From the NCBI GenBank assembly GCA_044356455.1, contig JBIKWF010000012.1, forward strand, positions 1 to 62,277: a DNA stretch of 62,277 bases. Direction: 5' to 3'. Both the position numbers and the translations under genes were made by a program. The notes beneath the pieces were generated by a model. It was not told the origin of the DNA, did not search any database, and saw only the letters and a program-made list of their open reading frames with translations. Below, piece after piece: positions 8,824 to 17,467 of this stretch (position 1 is the first letter of the stretch; each line of letters opens with the position of its first letter). Source of the stretch: Bdellovibrionota bacterium. Its GTDB lineage: Bacteria; Bdellovibrionota_C; UBA2361; JBGSMV01.

Positions 8824-10893
8824 ATGAGCGATTCTCTTTTTGGTTTGCCGATTGTTTCACAAAGCGAAGTAGCTTCAGCTTCTGGGAATGTGGCTTCTTG
8901 GGATTCTCGAGCAGTCAATCTAATCACTAAGCGATTCCTCTCAGGGCATCACATCAGCCTTGAAGAGTGGCTTCGTCGTCTTTCCCATCGCTATGCGTCT
9001 TGTTACCAAGGTAGCGACGCTCGAAAGTGGCAAGAGATCTACTTTCATCTCCTTGCACACCGAATTTTCTTCCCTACAAGCGCGGCCCTCTACAATGCAA
9101 TCCACGGGCAGGGGAGTCTTTCGGGTTGCATGGTGCTCCCCGTTGGTGAAACTGTGGAGGAGATATGTGAGCGGACAGTTCCCCAAGTTCTTGCGGTCCT
9201 AAGGAACGGCATAGGAGTGGGGCTGGATTTGAGCGTTTTGTGCCCGCGTCTTGGGGAAGATCTCAACCCTAGTAGAGCTTTTCCGGGCCCTTGTGAGGTG
9301 TTCTCAAGTATCGCTCTTGCCGCCGACGGCTTGATTGCCTACTCCGGTTTAAAACGCTCGGCATTCATGGGTAGTCTTACTGCGGCACACCCAGACCTTT
9401 TTGAATTCATAAGCCTAAAGGCGACACGTAAACTTCAGAACGTAAATATTTCGATAGCTCTCGATGATGCGTTCGTGAGAGCCCTTAAGAGCGAAACACT
9501 GCTTCCTGTTTCCTTCGGTTATGATGGGCAGTCCCGGCATCTCACTCAAGGCGATCTTACTCGAATGGAGGAACGTGCAGTTCGCCGGTCGGTTGCCGCT
9601 CCGGATCTCGTGCTCAGAGGCACAGAGCTGCATTCACGAACTGCGAGACGCGTAGTCGGAGCGCTTCGAGGGTCGCAGCTCTACTTTGACCCTCGGGCCA
9701 TTCTAGATTTTGCCTCAGAACATGCGCATGCCTCTGGAGACCCTGGAATTCTCAACTTTGCATCAATCAATGCACATAATCCCACTCATCCGAACCATGC
9801 CCTTGATCCGAAGAGCCTTGGAGTAGGGGTCCTGCGCGCAACTACGCCATGTGGTGAACAACCTCTGTTGCCGTATGAAGTTTGTCATCTTGGAAGCATT
9901 AACCTAAATGCTTTCATCTCTGGCGCTCGATTTGACTATGCCTCCTTCAAGCGCTCCGTTCCGCTCATTGTTCGAATGATGGATGACATCGTCTCTTTGA
10001 GCGATCCTGGTATCAAGGAGGTCCGCCAAATTACCGAGGCGAATCGAAAGATAGGAATCGGGTTCATGGGGCTAGCAGATGTGCTTTCCCAGTTAGGCTT
10101 GCCTTACGATTCGGAGGAAGGGCGGTCTTTTGCAGCTCACATTGCAAAGACTCTTCAAGAAGTGGCGCGAGAAGCGTCAGCCGAGCTTGCCTCCGAGCGC
10201 GGTTCATTTATCTCGTGGGAGTCTTCCTCTTACTCTCGAAACGGAGTTGCACCAAGACGGCATGCCACCCTCACTACGATTGCGCCAACTGGCCATCTAT
10301 CCATGCTTGCAGGTTGCTCACCTGCGATTGAGCCATATTTCAAAATCGTTCATCTTAGGAATGCGGCAGGCAAGAATATAGAAGTAGCTACTCACCTTAA
10401 AACCAAGCTTCGTGCTTTAGGCTATTCATTGGATCGTTGGATACTCGATACCCGTCGAAATGATAGTTCGTATGGGTTTGATGGATCTCTTCAAGGCCTC
10501 ACAACAACCCCCGCTTCGCTTCCGCGTAAGCATTGGGATGCACTTGTGCAGTTAAAGCGCATCTTTCCTACGGCACATGAAATCACTCCTCACGACCATC
10601 TCCTTATGGCCCATGCGATTCAGCCTTTTATAGACAATGGCATAAGTAAAACAATAAACCTCCCACATAGTGCCACTGTCTCTGAAGTGCGCTCATTATT
10701 CCTCCGTTCAATCGAGCTTGGCCTTAAGGGCGTGACCGTATTTAGGGATGGATGCTTATCGACTCAGGCTCTTGAGAAGCTCCCCGAGTGCGCAGCCTGT
10801 GGGCGAATTGAGACTCTGACGAAAGGTGAGTGTTCTGGATTCTATTGTGACGTTGCACTTGGTGGATGCGGATACGACGCCTGTTCAATTTAG
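8824..10893 (+). CDS. nrdJ: Divergent class II (adenosylcobalamin-dependent) ribonucleotide reductase homologue
   Basis: SLSGCMVLPV, HPDLFEFI, NVNISI, GDPG, TPCGEQPLLPYEVCHLGSINL, RKIGIGFMG, TTIAPTG, ISKTIN, KGVTVFRDG (no class I Tyr dyad), C-terminal CxxC...C..CGYxxC. Confidence 0.88.
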   Translation: MSDSLFGLPIVSQSEVASASGNVASWDSRAVNLITKRFLSGHHISLEEWLRRLSHRYASCYQGSDARKWQEIYFHLLAHRIFFPTSAALYNAIHGQGSLSGCMVLPVGETVEEICERTVPQVLAVLRNGIGVGLDLSVLCPRLGEDLNPSRAFPGPCEVFSSIALAADGLIAYSGLKRSAFMGSLTAAHPDLFEFISLKATRKLQNVNISIALDDAFVRALKSETLLPVSFGYDGQSRHLTQGDLTRMEERAVRRSVAAPDLVLRGTELHSRTARRVVGALRGSQLYFDPRAILDFASEHAHASGDPGILNFASINAHNPTHPNHALDPKSLGVGVLRATTPCGEQPLLPYEVCHLGSINLNAFISGARFDYASFKRSVPLIVRMMDDIVSLSDPGIKEVRQITEANRKIGIGFMGLADVLSQLGLPYDSEEGRSFAAHIAKTLQEVAREASAELASERGSFISWESSSYSRNGVAPRRHATLTTIAPTGHLSMLAGCSPAIEPYFKIVHLRNAAGKNIEVATHLKTKLRALGYSLDRWILDTRRNDSSYGFDGSLQGLTTTPASLPRKHWDALVQLKRIFPTAHEITPHDHLLMAHAIQPFIDNGISKTINLPHSATVSEVRSLFLRSIELGLKGVTVFRDGCLSTQALEKLPECAACGRIETLTKGECSGFYCDVALGGCGYDACSI

Positions 10894-10901
10894 GAGGAAA
10901 C

Positions 10902-11735
10902 ATGCACCTTTCACACGATAACAATTCCAAGGAAAGTATGTCGGAGCTCTCTCCAGTTGCACCGGGTAATATCACGCCCAAGGCATGGACCCATCTGAGG
11001 GAGTGCCTCTCTCGAGATGGGTGGCTCTTGGGCACCTGCGCATTTGCCCCGCCTAGTAACGCCGAAAAACGAGCCTTTGGCGGCAAGACGTTTTATCGTT
11101 GCCAGAGTCTTCTCGCCCATATGAGTGGATCTGTCGACGACAACCTTGCGAACGCTGGCCTCATTAGGCTGTCCACCATTGAGGAAGCCATAATCCAAAT
11201 TTCTACCACAGAGGAGTCCGGTATGCAGGTTCTGAGGAACTGCAATGTAGGAGGTAAGCCACGATACAGCCTACCTGCAATCCCTGTAGGTACTAGTAAT
11301 GGCTATCGTCTCTATTATCGCCCCGAGGCTGAAGTAATTCACCATACCAAAGGCAAGAGCTGGAATCTTCCTGCGCCCGAACTCATGCTTGTTCCCCAAA
11401 ATGGTCAACATGTTGTCTCTATGTCTCTCACGCCTGAGCACGTACCACTTGAATGTTATGTTAATATTAACCTTCAGCCCACGCCCTACAGTAAAGGTAT
11501 GGAATGGCAGGACTTGGAGCTCGACCTAAAGCTTACGCGTGCCGACCATGGTTGGTATCTCGCTCTGCTTGATGTCGACGAATACGATCAAGCAAACCTG
11601 AGTGCCTCGCTTCGAGCATCTACTGAGGCAGAAATAGCTCGCATCATCGACGCAATTCAGGAAGGGAGGTTTCCGTTCCGCTGCGTGGGATCCTGGCATC
11701 AGATTCTGAAAGACTTTCCCTCGCGAAGTCTATAA
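10902..11735 (+). CDS. DUF402 (FomD/Ntdp-like) nucleotide hydrolase domain protein with N-terminal extension
   Basis: AGGAGG SD. C-terminal YVNIN..P..WQDLELDL..LLDVDEY is the DUF402 signature. Confidence 0.75.
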   Translation: MHLSHDNNSKESMSELSPVAPGNITPKAWTHLRECLSRDGWLLGTCAFAPPSNAEKRAFGGKTFYRCQSLLAHMSGSVDDNLANAGLIRLSTIEEAIIQISTTEESGMQVLRNCNVGGKPRYSLPAIPVGTSNGYRLYYRPEAEVIHHTKGKSWNLPAPELMLVPQNGQHVVSMSLTPEHVPLECYVNINLQPTPYSKGMEWQDLELDLKLTRADHGWYLALLDVDEYDQANLSASLRASTEAEIARIIDAIQEGRFPFRCVGSWHQILKDFPSRSL

Positions 11736-11803
11736 AGTCGAAGTTTTTTAACCTGTAATGGTGCTCTAATTCGATTGAGTAAGATGTGACGGCGGGAGAG
11801 CCC

Positions 11804-12319
11804 TCAGGAGAGTCGCACGCTCTTTCCTTTTACACGTGAGCACAGTTTGCAAAGATGCTTGGGGAAGAGTCGCTTCACCTGTGCCTCAGCTTTGAGGAGT
11901 CCTCGGCCTGCATCTTCTCCTTTGACTGTGACGCGGAGTATGCGCTGTTGACAACAGCGACAGAACCAAACAAAGGCCTCCCTCTCTCCGGGAGAGCGCG
12001 TCCGTTCTACGACTATCCCGAGTGATCGGTCTGGCCTTTCGGGGTAATGAGGTAGCCCAGCTGGAATGAGGAATGACTCTCCCTCCCGGATTGGAATCCT
12101 CTTTATTCTCCCCTGCTTCCAGACATGCAATACCATTTTACCCTTCACCTGAAAAAGGAACTCATCTGAAGGATTGATATGAAAGTGGCTCTTCTTGTTT
12201 GGGCCACTCACTACCAGAACCAGGAGCGAGTGTTCGCGATAAATGATCCCACACTTCTTCTTTGAGAATATTTTTGAATTCTCTCGCAGCCATGTTTTCA
12301 GAGATCTAGGACCTTGCAT
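11804..12319 (-). CDS. 3-hydroxyanthranilate 3,4-dioxygenase-like cupin (divergent)
   Basis: GPN..FH.NP.DEF, PH.P.RP, VVER.R, WFCxxC...CxxC rubredoxin-like site. GGAG SD 7 nt before ATG 12319, overlapping the upstream HAD gene. Confidence 0.85.
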   Translation of the reverse strand: MQGPRSLKTWLRENSKIFSKKKCGIIYREHSLLVLVVSGPNKKSHFHINPSDEFLFQVKGKMVLHVWKQGRIKRIPIREGESFLIPAGLPHYPERPDRSLGIVVERTRSPGEREAFVWFCRCCQQRILRVTVKGEDAGRGLLKAEAQVKRLFPKHLCKLCSRVKGKSVRLS

Positions 12320-13016
12320 TTGCATGCTCCACAAGTTTTATTGGAATCTCAAAAATGGACTCAATTCTATTCTGGGGGGGGATGTCATATTTTCTCCCGG
12401 GGTCAATCAGAAGACAGCGCATGTTAGCATTTTGCGCACCGCAGTAATCATCAGTGTAGGAGTCCCCGATATACAACCCTTCGTGAGGCTGTACCTGAAG
12501 ACGTCTTAGGGATTCGAGGAAAATTGAACTTTCAGGCTTTCGCCTGCCATATTCGACAGATAGGAGAATATCGGAGAACGACTCATGTATCTTCATGGCT
12601 CTTAGATGCCCTAGTACCAAGGGCGCATAGTGAGTATTTGAAATCAGTCCAAGCCGAAATTGTTTTCCCAGCAGAGCGAGCAGTTCAGCTGTCCCGGTTT
12701 TGTAGGTCACGCCCTTATTCCACTCATCGAGAAAAAGAATCACAATTTCGTTCACAAGCTCTTCATGCACCTCAGGTTGATAGGGTGCAAGAATCAGGCG
12801 CACTACCTCACCCATGTGAAACTCTCTGAGAGTAATGACACTCTGTGTGGTGAGCAGGGAGTAAGCTTGTTCCCACTTCGCGATATACGTCTCATAGTCA
12901 TCGGTAAAACCAGCCCGACATAATGCCCGGTAGGAGCCATCATATCGCATAGAGCCAGTTCGATCTTTGTAATCTACGAGAGTTCCGAAGAAATCGAATA
13001 GAAGTGCCTTTGTCAT
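12306..13016 (-). CDS. HAD-superfamily hydrolase (subfamily IA)
   Basis: LLFDFFGTL, LISN, KP, YIGDSYTDD..GA. Confidence 0.9.
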   Translation of the reverse strand: MTKALLFDFFGTLVDYKDRTGSMRYDGSYRALCRAGFTDDYETYIAKWEQAYSLLTTQSVITLREFHMGEVVRLILAPYQPEVHEELVNEIVILFLDEWNKGVTYKTGTAELLALLGKQFRLGLISNTHYAPLVLGHLRAMKIHESFSDILLSVEYGRRKPESSIFLESLRRLQVQPHEGLYIGDSYTDDYCGAQNANMRCLLIDPGRKYDIPPQNRIESIFEIPIKLVEHANARS

Positions 13017-13028
13017 ACTAATTACCCC

Positions 13029-13177
13029 TTAGGGAAACTCTGAAATACCTAGAAATCAATATTCCTCTGTCCTGTTTTTCCTCCGTGTCCTCTGCGTGCC
13101 CCGCGTTATGCAGTATTTGTTAAGTAACGCAGGGGACGCTGAGTACGCAGAGGGGTAGTTTTTCAGAGGTTCGTTAG
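13029..13177. mobile_element. Family A element (variant A3) inserted in the 3' end of the large fusion gene
   Basis: TTAG-GGAAACTCTGAAATA...TTTTTCAGAGGTTCG-TTAG. Non-palindromic TTAG is duplicated. Confidence 0.9.
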
Positions 13178-16100
13178 TCACTAAATCGGAGGTCGATCTT
13201 ATATCTGAAAACCTATTCTCCCGCTGCCATTGCCCTAGGACGCTCTTCCATTTCCCGCAGCGCACAGGGCATTTTCTAACCAATGCGTGATATTTCCCCT
13301 GTTGGTATTCGAGTGCGGCGAATCCTATTTCATTTGTTTCGACTTCAAGACAATTCTGCATGTCAATACCATGGAGCTTCACTCCTGCCTGTTTGAGAAT
13401 ATCGAGGTGCCGCTTCATCACTTCTGGGGCGGTATCATCTGCAAGCACGATTCGGACCCTGGATTCTTTTAAGATTCGCGATATTGACCGAAGCCGAAAC
13501 AGCGAGGCGCCCTCCGTGAAGGTTCCGTGGCCTGCCAGTATATCGGGCTGATGTTTGGAGAGATCCACCAGAATACAGTCTCTGGTTTCATCGAGGACAT
13601 CCTCTAAAGCGCGAAAATAGTCTTTGAAATCAGTCTGGTTTCCCCCGATGGCAGCCATGATGCTGCTGCCAAGCTCGTTTCTCACTCGTATGAGGTAATT
13701 ACGATCCACCCGATGCTGGAATTGGAGAATGACGTCTTTGGGATCGAGGGAGTATGCCGTAAGGATCTCTCGGAGCGTTTCTATCTCATGGCGCCTCTCG
13801 ACGATCACTACCTTCTTTACCCAATCAGGAGTTGCAGAGAGCATAGCAGCAATGCCTGCCCGCTCATAAACGGGAATAGGGAGCGTGGATATGGTCTCCC
13901 CATTCGCAATAACTGGCGCTCTCGTTCGCGTAGCTTGCAGGTACTTTTTTTGATCGTCGTAGACCGCATGAAGACCGATTGCATTAAAGCCGCACCTGAG
14001 CACTGTCGTTAGGTCAATTAGGTTGTGCACCCGGCAGGCTTTCACTATGCCTAAGGTGCCGAGATCGCCGTCTATGCCTGGCAATAGCTTGTGGTGGTTC
14101 AATGGCTGGATTCGCTTGAAGAATCCCTCCAGCCGTGCGGACTTTTGACTTGTTCCCCAGGTGTTAAAAGCGGTCACATACTCGGAAGCTGGCATATAAG
14201 TGAGAGACGATTCCCAGCCGGATGCGAGTTCCTCGCAGGGCTCAGAGCGAAGCCATGAAACTAGATTCTCATAGTTAACCGCTGCAGCGGCGGTATGAAC
14301 AACAGCTCCTGTACGCTGTGCCAGTTGGCTCGCGATAAGGGTAAGCGTGCGAAAGGTCGTAACATTATTGTCGAACAAGAGAACATTTTTCTCTTTGAGA
14401 GAACCAGCTCTCAACGGTGTCTCGAATGGCTTGGGCAGGAAATAGTCGAGCCAGCTTTCTGGCTCGCTGGCTTGCAGCGAAATAATCGCCTCTTTGTCTC
14501 TATGAATACTTAAGGGAAAAGGGACAACCTCCGGTGGTTTTGCGTGAGAGTATAGCTGCGAAAGTACACTACGAAGTGCGTATCCGAGTTCAACGCTTCC
14601 AAAGAGAGGCGTTGCCACATAGGCGTACCGTACCCCACTTGTGTGCATTGCAGCCGCAACATGCAACACCGATCGGGCAATTTGAAAATTGTCGTCGAGC
14701 TCACGCATGGCTTGATGCGGAAAGGGCTCTTTCAAAACGATTCGGACTACAGCCTCCTCTAGCTCTTTTGGTCTATGAAGCGTTTGAGGAGTAGGTTGCC
14801 CCAATAGTAATTGATAGTAGAAATCGGTAGCGGACTCGCACCAGGCACGCAGGTCCCCACGCAGCGCCTCAGCACTCTCATTCTTGTAATGGACAGCTTG
14901 ACGCGACACGCTATTGAGAGCGCTAAAGAGCGCATGCTTGTAGTGGTCAACAACCATGAGCAAAATGAGTCTGGCCGCCTTCGACAGCTTCGACCAAGAC
15001 GCGGGTAAATCGAGTTTTGAAAGAAGTTCGAAGGCTTCTGTGCTAATTGAGAATAAGAAAGCGAATCGTTCAAGGACTGATTCAGAGGAAAGGGAAAGAT
15101 AAGGAGGGAGGCCATAGTAGAAGAGCTTCCCTCTCAGATACGTCCGCCGAGGGGTTCGCGTGATCATCTCCTCAAGATAGCCACAGAAACGGTCATTCAG
15201 AGAAAAACGGTCTGTGAGCTCTCTAAGAGCGTTCTTGAACGCTTGCGTGGGAAGCGAGCAGATCCCAATTGGATCAGAGACGGCATCAAACATCTCATGA
15301 ACTTCACGCATGCCTTTGCACCATTCGTTTTGAGGAAGTGCGACACCGCTATGGCCAGTTTTAAGCATCGTCATAAGACGCTTGCGGTCCAGCTCACCGA
15401 GTAGGAATTTATACCACCCCTTTTGCCCGTCTTCTCGACGAGGAGCAAAAACGGTTCCCCCATGTAACTTAACTTGATTGAGAAGTGCGTGGTTTGCGGG
15501 GTCATCATCCGCAGCGAAAACAATCATCGCTCCTTTCGCGAGCATCAGTTGTGCAACCTGTCGCTTATGTTCCCCAAAACAGTGCCAGGCCTCCCGACAC
15601 CCGTCACTCGAATAGCCAATTCCTGACCCAAGCACTTCGTACCTTACCTCCGTAAGTCCGCACTTTGCGAGAGCGCTCTGAACAACTCCCGCGATGAAGG
15701 GTTCAGCACCCGCACTTAGAAAAAGTACCCTTAGACCTGAACCATAGAGTCGAGAGAGATATCGCAGATACCGAACTGCTCCCTTATAGGGAGGAATCTC
15801 ATTGGCGATGATTCTCCCCGCCGAGTACAGCACCTGCGGTCCTATAGGCTCATTCTCCCCTAGGACGCTTATGTGATTCGCGTGGGCCTTTGCCATCTCT
15901 GGGGACACTGTGGCTGGTAGGAGTGCAAGACTTGCCTTCCTGAACTCCTGGCTGCTGAGGGTCTTAGTGACATACGTCGCGCGGTGGAGCGATCTATACT
16001 CCGTTGCCCTATGTTCGGGAATGAGAAGGTCTCTCTTCAGACAGGCCCAGTGCCATGAAGTTCTTGAAAGGAATACTCTGTCCACATCGAAAATGGCCCA

Positions 16101-16196
16101 CGTTTCACCGCTTCTCACCCCAGCGAGAAACAATTTCAATCGCTCCTCGAAGGAGTTTGGCATAGAGCTGGTTTCTGTGATTGTGGCGCTGCTCAT
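13056..16196 (-). CDS. Fusion protein: HAD phosphatase-like + type I PRTase-like + TrpF-like TIM barrel
   Basis: HAD motifs IFDVD, FLSAG, K, AADDD. PRTase-like ATPLFGSVELG and VLLFDNNVTTFRTL. TrpF-like VKACRVHN...GFNAIGLH, ILQF, ILVD, GIDMQNCLE. ATGA overlap with the upstream gene at 16193-16196. Confidence 0.65.
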   Translation of the reverse strand: MSSATITETSSMPNSFEERLKLFLAGVRSGETWAIFDVDRVFLSRTSWHWACLKRDLLIPEHRATEYRSLHRATYVTKTLSSQEFRKASLALLPATVSPEMAKAHANHISVLGENEPIGPQVLYSAGRIIANEIPPYKGAVRYLRYLSRLYGSGLRVLFLSAGAEPFIAGVVQSALAKCGLTEVRYEVLGSGIGYSSDGCREAWHCFGEHKRQVAQLMLAKGAMIVFAADDDPANHALLNQVKLHGGTVFAPRREDGQKGWYKFLLGELDRKRLMTMLKTGHSGVALPQNEWCKGMREVHEMFDAVSDPIGICSLPTQAFKNALRELTDRFSLNDRFCGYLEEMITRTPRRTYLRGKLFYYGLPPYLSLSSESVLERFAFLFSISTEAFELLSKLDLPASWSKLSKAARLILLMVVDHYKHALFSALNSVSRQAVHYKNESAEALRGDLRAWCESATDFYYQLLLGQPTPQTLHRPKELEEAVVRIVLKEPFPHQAMRELDDNFQIARSVLHVAAAMHTSGVRYAYVATPLFGSVELGYALRSVLSQLYSHAKPPEVVPFPLSIHRDKEAIISLQASEPESWLDYFLPKPFETPLRAGSLKEKNVLLFDNNVTTFRTLTLIASQLAQRTGAVVHTAAAAVNYENLVSWLRSEPCEELASGWESSLTYMPASEYVTAFNTWGTSQKSARLEGFFKRIQPLNHHKLLPGIDGDLGTLGIVKACRVHNLIDLTTVLRCGFNAIGLHAVYDDQKKYLQATRTRAPVIANGETISTLPIPVYERAGIAAMLSATPDWVKKVVIVERRHEIETLREILTAYSLDPKDVILQFQHRVDRNYLIRVRNELGSSIMAAIGGNQTDFKDYFRALEDVLDETRDCILVDLSKHQPDILAGHGTFTEGASLFRLRSISRILKESRVRIVLADDTAPEVMKRHLDILKQAGVKLHGIDMQNCLEVETNEIGFAALEYQQGKYHALVRKCPVRCGKWKSVLGQWQRENRFSDIRSTSDLVTNEPLKNYPSAYSASPALLNKYCITRGTQRTRRKNRTEEY

Positions 16197-17377
16197 GACC
16201 GCGGACACCTCGAATCGCCTGCATAAAGAATTCGCTCGCTTGCAAGACTATAAATGTTGAACCCTTTGCGCACCGCAGGCTCGACTCGAAGCACTCGGAT
16301 GACGGGTGTAATAATTATCTGGCACCGCTGCCCTCTAGAGAGAAAGATATCGCGGAGATGAAAGAGCCGATGCTGACCGACAGGGCTGGAGGGGCCTAGT
16401 ATAAGTGCATGCGTATGTCCGCGTGCTTCGTAACGTTTACCTCCACTGAACGCCTCCCACTCCGGCTCATTCCTTTCATATTTTGAGCCAAAGGCGATAA
16501 GCTGTTGGCCTTCGCTGAGCGGAAAATGTTCCTCCGCACCGGCCTTCTGAGCGTCTTTGAGTGTTAGCATCGCGCTCTCGGGGATCTTACGCAGAACGCG
16601 TCCAACAACTATTGACGAGTGAGGCGACTCTTTTTGGTGCTCAAGGCTGATTTGTATTGAAAACGCCTCTAGTCCGAGGGTGGCCGCGGCTTGAGAGAGG
16701 ATATCAAGTACACTTGCTCTCTCTTCATGCGCTTCAATTTCGAGGAGAATATTCCTCTGCTCCCCTTGTTTCTGAGGTGAGAGCCAAGCGGTATGCGAAT
16801 AGACACTTCGCTGGTCAATCAGTTCCCGATGGCCCTTCTTGGAAAGTGGTACGCGTTCGCTAAATCTACCTCCCGCGGGAATGAATCCACTTTGACTGCG
16901 CGAAACGCCTTTTCCCCCTTCTGCATCTATCAGCGAGTACTCTAGGACTTCTCCGCCTGGATGACCGTCCCGAGGCTTTGAGCCTGATGCTCCGAAGCGC
17001 AAGTAGCTAAGAGAAGTATCGATACACCGCAGTGCCTTAAGAATGGCGAGCACATCAGAATCGTCAAAGAGTATTGCCTTGGCGAATATCAAACTAGCAA
17101 TTCCTTGCATATCTACGATACAGGAGTCGTGTCCACCGAAATCCAAGTGGGGGCTTAGTACATGCTCTGGCTTCAGGCTTTGCAAACGGCGCACTCCCTC
17201 TGTGGCACTCCACGGCTGGCAGGGCACATCGGCGTAACGTCTCTCGAGCGCGTGAAAAAGTTTACTCCCTGACTCGGCGAGATACGTGCATGGTGCGATT
17301 TCAGTGGTCACCCAGGGATCCTGGAGTTTAAAGCCAGGAATTGTTAGCAGGGGACAGTCAAGGTCGCTTAGAAACAT
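16193..17377 (-). CDS. Hypothetical metalloprotein, acetolactate decarboxylase/PPC-like fold suspected
   Basis: C-terminal GHTHALI...FHLRD (HxH..H) preceded by AFSIQI..VVGRV..LIAFG, and an N-terminal GEV segment, in the same order as in AlsD/BudA. Confidence 0.45.
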   Translation of the reverse strand: MFLSDLDCPLLTIPGFKLQDPWVTTEIAPCTYLAESGSKLFHALERRYADVPCQPWSATEGVRRLQSLKPEHVLSPHLDFGGHDSCIVDMQGIASLIFAKAILFDDSDVLAILKALRCIDTSLSYLRFGASGSKPRDGHPGGEVLEYSLIDAEGGKGVSRSQSGFIPAGGRFSERVPLSKKGHRELIDQRSVYSHTAWLSPQKQGEQRNILLEIEAHEERASVLDILSQAAATLGLEAFSIQISLEHQKESPHSSIVVGRVLRKIPESAMLTLKDAQKAGAEEHFPLSEGQQLIAFGSKYERNEPEWEAFSGGKRYEARGHTHALILGPSSPVGQHRLFHLRDIFLSRGQRCQIIITPVIRVLRVEPAVRKGFNIYSLASERILYAGDSRCPRS

Positions 17378-17467
17378 TTGGGTATTTAAATCAGTTGTAT
17401 AATAGTTGTGGGCTCGGTGATTCAGAGGCTGATTAGAAATATCTGGCGGGCGTCCTTCATTGATTGT

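Noticed and set aside
8824..10893. nrdJ as a pseudogene or intein-containing gene
   Set aside because: Frame intact with catalytic Cys/Glu retained. The ~60-aa insertion after NISI lacks intein C...HN ends.
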